IMG/VR virus record: IMGVR_UViG_2778261505_000007 | Span: 1 to 25,134 of that record | Reading direction: 5' to 3' (one strand) | DNA length: 25,134 bases | Source: a virus | Taxonomy: Duplodnaviria; Heunggongvirae; Uroviricota; Caudoviricetes | Part shown: in pieces, positions 1-8,038 of the stretch | Layout: each line of letters opens with the position of its first letter | Position numbering within the stretch: the stretch's first letter is position 1 | Position numbers and translations under genes: made by a program | The notes under the pieces: model-generated | Told to the model about the DNA's origin: nothing | Databases searched by the model: none | What the model saw: only the letters and a program-made list of their open reading frames with translations

Positions 1-1251
1 GTGCTTACCGATACAAAATTAAAGAACCTCAAGCCACAGGACAAACTGTACAAAGTTTCCGATCGTGACGGGCTGTATGTAGCTGTGCTTACGTCAGGTA
101 CGGTCTCGTTTCGCTATGACTACCGTATCAACGGTCGCCGCGAAACACTGGTAATCGGGCAGTATGGGCGTGACGGTATCAGCCTGGCAGAAGCGCGAGA
201 AGAACTGATTGCTGCAAAGAAGCTGCTTAAAGCAGGCCAGTCGCCGGCTGCGGCTAAACGTGACGGTATCAAAAAGATTCGTGGTGCCGAGACGTTTGCG
301 GTACATACCGACAGTTATATGAAACACGTCATCCTGGCTGAAAGTACCCGCGCAATGAAGCAGGCAGTGATCGACCGTGACATACTTCCTGTTCTTGGCA
401 ACAAAATGATGACTGAAATTACCACATCGATGGTTCGTGATTTGTGTGACCGGATTGTCGAACGCGGTGGTCGGGCAACAGCAGTACAGGCCAGGGAGAT
501 CATTAGCAGCGTATACCGTCACGCCAATGACCGTGGTCATGGTTTGTTTAATCCTGCGGCTGACATTAAACCTTCGTCTATCGCCATATTTAAACCACGA
601 GAGCGAACACTGACACCAGAAGAAATTGGTCTGTTCTTCCGCACGCTGGATGCCATTGGTGCTATGGGCACTATGAAAATGGCTTTAAAGCTGGTGCTTA
701 TCACTATGGTTCGTAAAGGCGAATTCACCAATGCAACGTGGGACGAAATAGATTTTAAAAAATGGACATGGACAATTCCTTCAGACCGCATGAAGGGAAG
801 CCGGGCGCACGTTATTTACCTGCCAAAACAGGCACAGGATATATTGGTTGGGTTGCAGATGTGCGCTGGTGGAAGTGAATATCTGGTTCCTGGTCGTTAC
901 AATTTCCGGAAGCCATTATCTAATGCCGCACTGAACTCTCTGATCGACAGAACGGTGAAAATAATAAATGAAGATGGTGAGCATATTCAGGGCTTCACCG
1001 TACACGATATGCGCCGTACAGCCAGTACGTTGTTGCATGAGGCTGGTTATCCTTCAGACTGGATTGAAAAGGCTCTGGCACATGAGCAGAAAGGTGTGCG
1101 CGCCGTATATAACAAAGCGGAATACGCCAGACAGCGCGCCTACATGTTGCAGCAGTGGGCCGATATGATTGATTCATGGATTGACGGGGAGCATACGGAT
1201 CTGATTCCGTTCTCCCCGTCGAAGTTTGAGAAGTGGATGGCGGGGGAATAA
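1..1251 (+). CDS. int: Tyrosine recombinase / phage integrase, P4 (IntS)-type
   Basis: 416-aa ORF starting with GTG at nt 1. N-terminal region aligns by eye with IntS-type integrases (MLT..K..K.....Y...D..GLY). C-terminal catalytic signature present (HDMRRT, then Y in VYNKAEY). Confidence 0.9.
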   Translation: MLTDTKLKNLKPQDKLYKVSDRDGLYVAVLTSGTVSFRYDYRINGRRETLVIGQYGRDGISLAEAREELIAAKKLLKAGQSPAAAKRDGIKKIRGAETFAVHTDSYMKHVILAESTRAMKQAVIDRDILPVLGNKMMTEITTSMVRDLCDRIVERGGRATAVQAREIISSVYRHANDRGHGLFNPAADIKPSSIAIFKPRERTLTPEEIGLFFRTLDAIGAMGTMKMALKLVLITMVRKGEFTNATWDEIDFKKWTWTIPSDRMKGSRAHVIYLPKQAQDILVGLQMCAGGSEYLVPGRYNFRKPLSNAALNSLIDRTVKIINEDGEHIQGFTVHDMRRTASTLLHEAGYPSDWIEKALAHEQKGVRAVYNKAEYARQRAYMLQQWADMIDSWIDGEHTDLIPFSPSKFEKWMAGE

Positions 1252-1254
1252 CGT

Positions 1255-1449
1255 TTAATAGTTCTGCTGATTTTCTTCCATCTCGGCTTCTGCTGCCAGT
1301 GATTCAATTTTATCTGCGAATATTGCTGACAGTGTTGCAAATTCAGCATCAGTGACAGCGGGAATTGGAACAAACCTGATCCCGCTGTGTGCAAGCATGT
1401 TTGCAGTTTCAAGGCATTTCCTTAAATCTGCTGGTGATGCCCGGTTCAT
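1255..1449 (-). CDS. Hypothetical small protein (64 aa), translationally coupled to the upstream methyltransferase
   Basis: ATG at 1449-1447 overlaps the methyltransferase stop (ATGA overlap). GGGAG Shine-Dalgarno 8 nt upstream. The longer ORF-track version (to 1569) would overlap the methyltransferase by 124 nt. Confidence 0.5.
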   Translation of the reverse strand: MNRASPADLRKCLETANMLAHSGIRFVPIPAVTDAEFATLSAIFADKIESLAAEAEMEENQQNY

Positions 1450-2108
1450 GCTGCACGCTCCCGCCCCTGGTTGTCTGTTGGTGACAGCGGAGAATTGCTG
1501 AATGCATTTGTTAATCCGCCAATATCCAACGCGTAACCAGGATGTAGTTGCACTGCCGGGTCTTCGCACTGATTACCCCAAACATCGAAGCCATGAGACG
1601 ACTGGCGGGCGAACAGTTCAATGCGAGAAACATCGCCTAACAATTGCACAAGTTTTTCACGAACGACATCTGGTTTTCTTGAATGCTCAAGCCGCGGTGC
1701 GGTAAATGACTGAACGATACCTGCATTAATGCGCGTAGGTAGTTTTCCCTTTACCGCAAACAGGCAATCTTCACTATTGGCGCGAGTCATGTGTCCCATA
1801 CCCATAACCAGTTTATCTTGTTGTCGACTACCACATTTTATCCACGTGAAGCCCTTCATGGTCATCAGACGGAATCCCCAGGCTTCAACAACTTTTAGTG
1901 CTTCGAGTGGTTGTGTTGGCACCCACCACATGGCCAACAGACAGTTTTCAGCGGCCAAATCCCACACAGGAAGGCGGCAGATATCCAGCACACTCATAAC
2001 TGGATATTTAAAACCGGCACCGCGATTACCATCTGCGGCTTTGTCCCGGTATACCCAGGGTGGATCTGCATAGATTAGTGTGTATTTCTTAGTCATAAAC
2101 CACCCCAC
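1446..2108 (-). CDS. N6-adenine DNA methyltransferase, MT-A70-like
   Basis: Translation contains the DPPW catalytic motif (YTLIYADPPWVY) in a ~200-aa protein typical of phage MT-A70/Dam-like methylases. Start may be ATG 2108 or 2096. Confidence 0.85.
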   Translation of the reverse strand: MGWFMTKKYTLIYADPPWVYRDKAADGNRGAGFKYPVMSVLDICRLPVWDLAAENCLLAMWWVPTQPLEALKVVEAWGFRLMTMKGFTWIKCGSRQQDKLVMGMGHMTRANSEDCLFAVKGKLPTRINAGIVQSFTAPRLEHSRKPDVVREKLVQLLGDVSRIELFARQSSHGFDVWGNQCEDPAVQLHPGYALDIGGLTNAFSNSPLSPTDNQGRERAA

Positions 2109-2388
2109 AACATCCTATGCCGCTATAGTCGCCACGGCGAAGGCCGTTACCTTTTGTGATACATTGGTCCCTGCGAACCGCGATCCTTGCACGCTCAACA
2201 TCACCAGAAGCAACATCCATACACTGAAGCCAAAGGTGGGCGGCAATGCGGAACTGCCCTTTTTTCTCTCTTTCAATTGCGCGTTTTTCGATCTCTATCG
2301 CTGCAGGAGTAACGGCAACAACCTTTGAAGGGCTGCGCATTGAAACCTTGTTCATGTGATATTTTTCAAGTCGGCTTAACTTTCTCAC
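2089..2388 (-). CDS. Hypothetical protein
   Basis: ORF in the leftward operon with GTG start at 2388 (alternative ATG at 2355). No recognisable motif. Confidence 0.4.
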   Translation of the reverse strand: MRKLSRLEKYHMNKVSMRSPSKVVAVTPAAIEIEKRAIEREKKGQFRIAAHLWLQCMDVASGDVERARIAVRRDQCITKGNGLRRGDYSGIGCCGVVYD

Positions 2389-2497
2389 TTAATCCAACCC
2401 TCTCTGAAAATTAATGCCAGCAGATAAAGCCATGCTGAAACAGAGGCCAGGAATAAGTACCATCCTGACCATTTGCTCCAGTGCCTTAGCAGCGCAC

Positions 2498-2746
2498 TCA
2501 TGCAGCGTTGCTCACAGGACGATATACACGTTGCTGAACAGGAGGTTTTTTACCCTGGAACTCTGCCGGGCTTGCTGCCTGACGTTCATCAAGCCAACGC
2601 TCAACTTCATCACGGTTCCATGCGCAGCGTTTATCGGTGATATACCAGCGTTTAGGAAATTCCCCTGCGCGCTCCATACGGTCGATAGTGCTCCATGACA
2701 GTGGCACCACCGCCAGGAGTTCCTTCTTACCTAATGCACCTTTCAT
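2498..2746 (-). CDS. AlpA/Xis-like helix-turn-helix DNA-binding protein (putative excisionase or regulator)
   Basis: 82-aa protein with an AlpA/Vis-type HTH signature (LLAVVPLSWSTIDRMERAGEFPKRWYITDKRCAWNRDEVERWL), of the kind found alongside P4-type integrases. Confidence 0.6.
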   Translation of the reverse strand: MKGALGKKELLAVVPLSWSTIDRMERAGEFPKRWYITDKRCAWNRDEVERWLDERQAASPAEFQGKKPPVQQRVYRPVSNAA

Positions 2747-2795
2747 AAATATCTCTCTTGGTTGCAGTGCGGCGCGCGTGGCGCCGCGGTGGTGG

Positions 2796-3677
2796 TTACA
2801 TAGATGTTTCGTTTAATTCTTCCCGACGAACGCTGTAAACGTCGGTGGCTTTTGCCAGCAGTTCGTCATCATCTGAAAGTTTTTGTGCAATGTATTTGTA
2901 AGCCTTATCCAGTTCGGAGACAGTGCTGTAATTCATCGCTGCGCTGGTAAAGGCCATCAGCATTTCTTCTGGATCACGGCTATCCTCTTTACGCGTTTGC
3001 TCATCAGGCTTTTTCGCTGGTTTAGCGTTGATCAGACTGTTCATTCCCGCAGCAGTGGTCGTTTGCGGAGTAATGTCTCGCTCAACGCGCGGTGCCGTTT
3101 CCTGTAATTCGTCAGGGGTGTAAACACCGAGAAGTACATCAGGAGCGTGCAGGCGAGCCCATCGTTTCGTGCAAAGATAGGCAAGCTGCTGGCGCGGATC
3201 CTGTTCCCACAATGGAGAGTTACGCACTCCGGCTTGCGCCATACTGATGGTAAGCTCACGGGGTTCTGCTTCTCCTTTAAGAACTGCTGACACAGTTACC
3301 GTCAGATTCGGTGATTTATCTGTTTTGCCGTTAACATTCGACCAGTCACCGCTCCAGCGATAATTCAGGCGTGTCGCTAGCAGGCTGGAAGAGGATACGA
3401 CCGCGTTTACCAACTGTGCTTCGTAGCCTAACGTTCCGTTTACCACATGCGTTTTCTGCGCCACGGCGAAAGGGTTCATTCCCCACTGTGCCGCCTGCAT
3501 GGTCACCGCCAGACAATCGGCAGGTTTGCCTTCAAGATGTTTCGGTACAGTCGCTTTGCTTTGTGACATCAACTCCGCGAAACGCACCAGTTGATTCATG
3601 CCCTCCGGGCTGAAGATTGCCGCAGCAGTACCTACAGTTGCGCCTGGTTGTGATGTGATTGCGATATCATTGCTCAT
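2796..3677 (-). CDS. ssDNA-annealing recombinase, Bet/RecT family
   Basis: 293-aa protein with segments resembling lambda Bet (ERDITP, SPLWEQ..RQQL..L..KRWARL). Its start overlaps the stop of the upstream exonuclease (ATGA), the classic exo-annealase pairing. Confidence 0.8.
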   Translation of the reverse strand: MSNDIAITSQPGATVGTAAAIFSPEGMNQLVRFAELMSQSKATVPKHLEGKPADCLAVTMQAAQWGMNPFAVAQKTHVVNGTLGYEAQLVNAVVSSSSLLATRLNYRWSGDWSNVNGKTDKSPNLTVTVSAVLKGEAEPRELTISMAQAGVRNSPLWEQDPRQQLAYLCTKRWARLHAPDVLLGVYTPDELQETAPRVERDITPQTTTAAGMNSLINAKPAKKPDEQTRKEDSRDPEEMLMAFTSAAMNYSTVSELDKAYKYIAQKLSDDDELLAKATDVYSVRREELNETSM

Positions 3678-4495
3678 ACGTACATATCCTGTTTACGTGC
3701 CCAGTCAGGGCGTTTAATAATTTCCACTCCGCCCCATTCATCGTTGATGCGGCATTCGTGATAGGTATTCAGATCCCGGCGGAACAGAGCGTGCCCGGCA
3801 TCGACATCTGGCGCATCCAGCTCGAACACGCGTACCGGATACCGACCACAATCAATGCTTTCGCTCACGGCAAGAAAGAAAAAACCATGCGGCTGACCAG
3901 TAACCATCATTGCGCCTTCGCGGTACATTGCGTCCTGCACGTGGTAGCGGAATTCCTCGATGTGGCGTGCAAAACGGTCCATATCTGCAACCTTTTTCAC
4001 GTCGACGATCACGTTGTGCTCGTTCAGCCATTTGTCTGGACGAATGCGGCACAACTCACCAGTCTCTTCATCGTTCCAGTACATTGATGCTTCGCAGTAA
4101 CCAGGTGCTTCCAGCATCCAGCGTGCAGCCGGGTGAGCCATTGCGCTATCACGCATCAGCTCCAGTTTTCGCCACTGCTCGACATCAAGTACCGTAATAC
4201 CCATATCCGCCACATCACTAAGAAATGCTTCTTCGTCAGCTTTACCTTGTTTTGTCCGACGATCGAATTTCGGTGAAACAATGAAGCGTTTGTCGAACTC
4301 TCTAGGCTCCAGAAGCAGACAGTGCAATGCGGTTCCCATATCCAGTGCAGACTTTTTCTCTTCGTCTTCTGGTGCTGCCTGAACCCATTTAAGAAGCGCC
4401 GGATTCTTGGCAACCATGTCCAGTTGCGACTTACTCACGCCGTCACCGGCGTGGTAGTCTTCGTTGCTGATGTCGAAATAAATTCCCGGTTTCAT
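3674..4495 (-). CDS. RecE-like exonuclease, PD-(D/E)XK fold
   Basis: N-terminus MKPGIYFDISNEDYHAGDGVSKSQL is typical of the exodeoxyribonuclease VIII C-terminal domain family. A D...IVDVKK nuclease motif is present. Confidence 0.8.
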   Translation of the reverse strand: MKPGIYFDISNEDYHAGDGVSKSQLDMVAKNPALLKWVQAAPEDEEKKSALDMGTALHCLLLEPREFDKRFIVSPKFDRRTKQGKADEEAFLSDVADMGITVLDVEQWRKLELMRDSAMAHPAARWMLEAPGYCEASMYWNDEETGELCRIRPDKWLNEHNVIVDVKKVADMDRFARHIEEFRYHVQDAMYREGAMMVTGQPHGFFFLAVSESIDCGRYPVRVFELDAPDVDAGHALFRRDLNTYHECRINDEWGGVEIIKRPDWARKQDMYV

Positions 4496-4806
4496 GCCGC
4501 GTCCCTCTGTCCATCAAGCTGATCCGCCAGATCCCAGCGGGCGATAATTGCCATTGCCTCTCGCCGATAGGCATCCATCAGTTCTTCGAACTCAGGGCTG
4601 TCTTTAGCAGCCTCCAGTACTTCCTGACGAACGCCTTTGCCTGTTACAACGTCGAAAGTTGAGGACAGTTGATGAAGTCGGATGCTCTCAATCAGTTCAA
4701 CTTGTCGGTCATATAGCTGTTCTGACAGGCGGTAGTCCTTGTCGAATGCCAGCATGATTTTTTGAAGATTTTTCTGCTGATTAACGTTCATTATCAGCCC
4801 TCCCAT
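4492..4806 (-). CDS. Hypothetical protein (about 99 aa if started at ATG 4791)
   Basis: ORF whose stop overlaps the exonuclease start. No recognisable motif; sits where host-nuclease inhibitors often lie, but that is unassigned. Confidence 0.5.
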   Translation of the reverse strand: MGGLIMNVNQQKNLQKIMLAFDKDYRLSEQLYDRQVELIESIRLHQLSSTFDVVTGKGVRQEVLEAAKDSPEFEELMDAYRREAMAIIARWDLADQLDGQRDAA

Positions 4807-4946
4807 ATCTCGTTATCGTTGGCCACATCGCGAGCTTCTTTGCTGACGAAAGCCCACTTGATGCCTTCCTGTAAGGTGCAGAACTTCCAGCTCATGAATC
4901 CGCATGCAGTAACGCAGTACCAACCGTTGATGATTTTCCACTGCAT
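4784..4946 (-). CDS. Small Cys/Trp-rich hypothetical protein (50 aa), first gene of the leftward early operon
   Basis: Not in the ORF track (under 60 aa). ATG at 4946-4944 with GAGGT Shine-Dalgarno 8 nt upstream, stop at 4786-4784. Translation MQWKIINGWYCVTACGFMSWKFCTLQEGIKWAFVSKEARDVANDNEIWEG. Confidence 0.35.
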
Positions 4947-4965
4947 AACTTGTTACCTCGGTCTG

Positions 4966-4980
4966 TTACCGTTGAGGTAA
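4966..4980. promoter_or_regulatory. Operator-like palindrome OL1 (TTACC-GTTGA-GGTAA)
   Basis: Perfect 5+5 inverted repeat with 5-bp spacer, abutting the putative -10 of the leftward promoter. Confidence 0.6.
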
Positions 4981-5008
4981 TGATTATGCGTATTTGGTTT
5001 GATGTCAA
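4980..5008 (-). promoter_or_regulatory. Putative leftward early promoter (P_L-like)
   Basis: On the minus strand: -35 TTGACA (plus 5003-5008), 17-bp spacer, -10 AATCAT (plus 4980-4985). Flanked by OL1 and OL2. Confidence 0.45.
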
Positions 5009-5027
5009 TAGATATGAGTTAAAAAAA

Positions 5028-5042
5028 TTACCTATTAGGTAA
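5028..5042. promoter_or_regulatory. Operator-like palindrome OL2 (TTACC-TATTA-GGTAA)
   Basis: Perfect inverted repeat 62 bp centre-to-centre from OL1, 20 bp upstream of the -35. Confidence 0.6.
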
Positions 5043-5051
5043 TAGTATAGG

Positions 5052-5078
5052 CAATAAAAAAGCCGCCAGAAGGCGGCT
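5052..5078 (-). terminator. Rho-independent terminator downstream of the repressor gene
   Basis: Hairpin AGCCGCC-AGAA-GGCGGCT followed on the minus strand by TTTTTATT, 22 bp past the repressor stop. Confidence 0.6.
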
Positions 5079-5099
5079 TACTTACTGAAAAATATGATT

Positions 5100-5684
5100 T
5101 TATTGTTTGTTTTTTTCGTTCTGGTTGATGACAAATTCAATGTAACTTTCGATCTTTGCCTTCTCTGTTTCAGGTAACAATGCGTAGCGCGAGCGGTCAT
5201 AGTTGATAGTCGCTGGGTCGTGCGGGTGAATCAGTAATTCATATCCGTGACGCCCAAATGCGGATGCAACATTCTCCAGGGTGGAAATGGAAACGCTGAC
5301 CTCATTGTTTAACAGGCGGCTGATTGTTACCTGGGCGACGCCGGATGCGCGGTGAAGTTTTCCCTGCGTTGAAAGGTCGCGGCTTTCGCTCATCCAGCGT
5401 TCCAGGTTGTGAGCCGCCAGCTGGCCAATGTCGCTTGGGCCGACAGGCTGAAAACCTTCCTGAGAAAGCGAGCGATCGATATCAAGCCAGTTACGGGGTT
5501 TATTGGCGGCAGCTTCAATTTTTCGTGCAACCTGGTCGCCGATAACCTTCTTGCCAAGAGCCCAGCGGTTTACCAGATTTGCCTGAGTTCCAAGTTTTTC
5601 AGCCATCCGCGTCTGAACACCATTGAATTCACGGTCGATCAAGTCGTTGAGATTTTGCCTGCGGACGTCCTGGATACTTTTCAT
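5100..5684 (-). CDS. CI-like prophage repressor, two XRE-type HTH regions, no S24 peptidase domain evident
   Basis: 194-aa ORF flanked by operator clusters and divergent from a cro-like gene. HTH-like segments TRMAEKLGTQANLVNRWALGKKVIG and GVAQVTISRLLNNEVSVSISTLENVASAFG. No GDSM-like serine or Ala-Gly cleavage motif found. Confidence 0.7.
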   Translation of the reverse strand: MKSIQDVRRQNLNDLIDREFNGVQTRMAEKLGTQANLVNRWALGKKVIGDQVARKIEAAANKPRNWLDIDRSLSQEGFQPVGPSDIGQLAAHNLERWMSESRDLSTQGKLHRASGVAQVTISRLLNNEVSVSISTLENVASAFGRHGYELLIHPHDPATINYDRSRYALLPETEKAKIESYIEFVINQNEKNKQ

Positions 5685-5739
5685 TTTCTGGAAAATCGCC
5701 TCATATCTGAATCAGAAGATGATTCAATTTAAAGCAATA

Positions 5740-5754
5740 TTACCCAACAGGTAA
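5740..5754. promoter_or_regulatory. Operator-like palindrome OR-a (TTACC-CAACA-GGTAA)
   Basis: Perfect inverted repeat in the cI-cro intergenic region. Confidence 0.6.
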
Positions 5755-5784
5755 ATGCACCTCATGGGTAACTATCCTTGATTT

Positions 5785-5813
5785 TTGTTACCTTATAGGT
5801 GAATATTTATTAT
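5785..5813 (+). promoter_or_regulatory. Putative rightward promoter for cro (P_R-like)
   Basis: -35 TTGTTA (5785-5790), 17-bp spacer, -10 TATTAT (5808-5813), about 25 bp upstream of the cro ATG. Confidence 0.45.
5788..5802. promoter_or_regulatory. Operator-like palindrome OR-b (TTACC-TTATA-GGTGA, one mismatch)
   Basis: Lies between the putative -35 and -10 of the rightward cro promoter. Confidence 0.5.
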
Positions 5814-5838
5814 CTGAAATAAATATCAGGCAATAGCT

Positions 5839-6069
5839 ATGAGCGATAACGGACATTTCGATTTCAAAAAGCACTGGCTTGCACTTACTCCGGATGAGCG
5901 TGAAGCCTTCGCACAGGAAGCCGGAACGACGAGTCACTATATCCAGACTCACTTAACAGGTAAGCGCAAAATGCCAGGTAAGGTATTGATGGATGGGCTT
6001 TTTAAAGCCTGTAAATCAAGACAATGGCTGCGCTCAAAAGCAGAACTGGCATACTTCTTCTACTCATGA
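5839..6069 (+). CDS. Cro-like small HTH regulator (YdaS/Cro-like)
   Basis: 76-aa ORF divergent from the repressor, followed by a strong terminator. HTH-like segment LTPDEREAFAQEAGTTSHYIQTHLTGKRK. Confidence 0.6.
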   Translation: MSDNGHFDFKKHWLALTPDEREAFAQEAGTTSHYIQTHLTGKRKMPGKVLMDGLFKACKSRQWLRSKAELAYFFYS

Positions 6070-6090
6070 TATCCAGCCACAACCCTCTGT

Positions 6091-6114
6091 AGACCGCCAC
6101 CCGGCGGTCTTTTC
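6091..6114 (+). terminator. Rho-independent terminator after cro (tR1-like)
   Basis: Hairpin AGACCGCC-ACCC-GGCGGTCT followed by TTTT. Confidence 0.6.
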
Positions 6115-6124
6115 ATATCTATTC

Positions 6125-6139
6125 GTACCTCAAAGGTAA
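6125..6139. promoter_or_regulatory. Operator-like palindrome (GTACC-TCAAA-GGTAA, one mismatch)
   Basis: Sits just past the cro terminator and upstream of the small Cys/His ORF. Confidence 0.45.
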
Positions 6140-6219
6140 TAAAAAACCAAATCTGGTTGATCTTTTTTTTGTGTCAGCACAAAATGACCGTAATCCCAAT
6201 ACTAATAACAGGGCTTACC

Positions 6220-6420
6220 ATGGAAATCATTACACGTATTGATGCCGCAAAGCGCGGACTTAAACGCTACTACACCGGAAAAACATGTAAGCACGGACAT
6301 GACAGTGAACGCTGGGTTTACAACGGACACTGTGTTGAGTGCACCATGGAATCAAACCGTCGTATCAGGGCAGAGATTAAGCAGATCATGATTAATTCCT
6401 CCCCACAACACTCAAGCTGA
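6220..6420 (+). CDS. Small Cys/His-rich putative zinc-binding protein (about 66 aa)
   Basis: ORF 6157-6420 in the track; an internal ATG at 6220 (or 6184) is the more likely start. Spacing CKHGH...HCVEC suggests a zinc-binding site. Occupies a cII-like position but no homology is asserted. Confidence 0.4.
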   Translation: MEIITRIDAAKRGLKRYYTGKTCKHGHDSERWVYNGHCVECTMESNRRIRAEIKQIMINSSPQHSS

Positions 6421-6435
6421 TAGCGGAGATTAATC

Positions 6436-7251
6436 ATGAGCAGACATGCAACAGATTGGGCCTGGGAGACAGATCCAGGCAGCTCATCATTAAAGCTCAT
6501 ACTGCTCTCGATGGCTGACAGAGCCGATGAATATAACCTCTGCTACCCCAGCATAGAACGCCTCGTTAAAGACACTTGCCTGAATAAAAAAACCGTACAG
6601 GCCGGGCTTATATCACTCATGAGAATGGGGCTTATTTCAGATACCGGAGAGAGAAAGGGGGCGACGAAAAGAGTGCGGGTTTTCTCTCTTAATATAACCA
6701 AAAAAGGGAACATTAAAGGCAACCTGGAAGGGTGTAATGAACCCGAAAACGGTAATGTTCCCGAAAACGGGAATATACCCAAAAACGGGATGTTGAATGA
6801 TCCCAAAAACGGGATGTTGAATGATCCCAAAAACGGGATCCAGAACCAGTCATATAACCAGTCATATAACCAAGAGAGGGAGAGCAGGACAAAAACCGAG
6901 GATTCTGTGCCTCATGACCCCGGCGCAAACAACGCCGTGATGAATAACTTTGTTCCTCCTGGTGGGCCAGGGCAATTAGGCAAATTTGTCATGCATGAAC
7001 AATGGCAGCCATCAGATGACTTTCTTCGGAAAAGCTCATTGCAGGGGATCTACCTGGACAGTCTGCCAACGGCACAGGAACTTGCAGAGTTCAGAATTTA
7101 CTGGATGGCTGAGGGTAAGGCATACCATCAGGCACAGTGGGAGCAGAAGCTGGCAAGGCGGCTGCAGATTAGCAGACAGAAGCAATCAACATTACCTGAT
7201 AACAACGTTCCGCACTGGAACAGCCCTGAAGCATGGGAGGATTTCTTGTGA
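6436..7251 (+). CDS. Replication initiator (lambda O-like) with origin iterons inside the gene
   Basis: 271-aa ORF immediately upstream of a lambda P homolog. The coding sequence contains five tandem DNA repeats, giving the peptide repeats PENGN/PKNGMLND; this matches the lambdoid arrangement of ori inside O. Confidence 0.75.
   Translation: MSRHATDWAWETDPGSSSLKLILLSMADRADEYNLCYPSIERLVKDTCLNKKTVQAGLISLMRMGLISDTGERKGATKRVRVFSLNITKKGNIKGNLEGCNEPENGNVPENGNIPKNGMLNDPKNGMLNDPKNGIQNQSYNQSYNQERESRTKTEDSVPHDPGANNAVMNNFVPPGGPGQLGKFVMHEQWQPSDDFLRKSSLQGIYLDSLPTAQELAEFRIYWMAEGKAYHQAQWEQKLARRLQISRQKQSTLPDNNVPHWNSPEAWEDFL
6742..6867. repeat. Putative origin of replication: five direct iterons (CCCRAAAACGG core, 18-24 bp units) plus a 2x AACCAGTCATAT repeat
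   Basis: Direct repeats read at 6742, 6760, 6778, 6802 and 6826; the 6778 and 6802 copies are identical 24-mers. Followed by a tandem 12-mer at 6844-6867. Confidence 0.7.
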
Positions 7252-8033
7252 ACAACGTTTTTACCGCGATACAAAACCGTGACGGAGAAGCCCTTTCTCG
7301 CATGTCAGGTTATGAGCATCAGTACACCAACAATGACAACGTGGTGAACATGTCAGCAGAGAGGCTTGTTGATGCCCTTTTCAAACAGCTGAAACAACTG
7401 TTTCCGGCGGCAGTGGTAACCAACCTGAAGACGCCAGAGCAGGAAGTTGCTGCAAAACAGCAGTGGATTGCTGCGTTTGCCGAAGGGGGGATCCGAACCC
7501 GTGAACAGGTTTCTGCTGGTATGCGCCACGCCCGCGCCAGTGAGTCTCCGTTCTGGCCGTCGCCAGGGCAATTCATCAAGTGGTGTAAAGACAGCAAGAT
7601 GGTTCTTGGCGTCACCATTGACGATGTGATGGCGGAGTTTCACCGGTACAGCAAGGAAAAAAGTTTATATCCTGGTGGTCCAGAAAGATTCCCGTGGCGA
7701 CATCCGGTTATGTACTGGGTCGTATGTGATACCCGCCGTGCAATGTATCAGCGCCAGCTTAGCGAGATTGAGGTTGAGAAACACGCGCGCAGGCTGCTCG
7801 ATGATTGGGCGAAAAAGGTGGCTTCCGGACAGCAGATACCCGATCCGGTGATCAGCATACAGGCAAAGCCAGAACCCATGAGTACACCTCCGGACACAGG
7901 GAGAGACGTTTACCATCCACCAGGGCGAAGTTTCGGGTGCATGCCTAACGCCGCCACCCTTGGGGGAATAACACCGGCGCAGTGGCTGATGGAGGAATAC
8001 AGGCGGGGAAAGGCGGCAGGATTTATCAAGTAA
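7233..8033 (+). CDS. Replication protein P-like (DnaB helicase loader)
   Basis: Clear similarity to lambda P in blocks (AGMRHARASESPFWPSPGQFIKWC; YPGGPERFPWRHPVMYWVV). Start may be GTG 7248 overlapping the O stop, with GGGAGG Shine-Dalgarno at 7234-7239. Confidence 0.85.
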   Translation: MGGFLVNNVFTAIQNRDGEALSRMSGYEHQYTNNDNVVNMSAERLVDALFKQLKQLFPAAVVTNLKTPEQEVAAKQQWIAAFAEGGIRTREQVSAGMRHARASESPFWPSPGQFIKWCKDSKMVLGVTIDDVMAEFHRYSKEKSLYPGGPERFPWRHPVMYWVVCDTRRAMYQRQLSEIEVEKHARRLLDDWAKKVASGQQIPDPVISIQAKPEPMSTPPDTGRDVYHPPGRSFGCMPNAATLGGITPAQWLMEEYRRGKAAGFIK

Positions 8034-8038
8034 TACCA

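Noticed and set aside
2769-2787. GC-rich hairpin GCGGCGC-GCGTG-GCGCCGC between the Bet-like and Xis-like genes
   Set aside because: No U-tract on either strand, so not a convincing intrinsic terminator; could be a minor attenuator but there is no further support.
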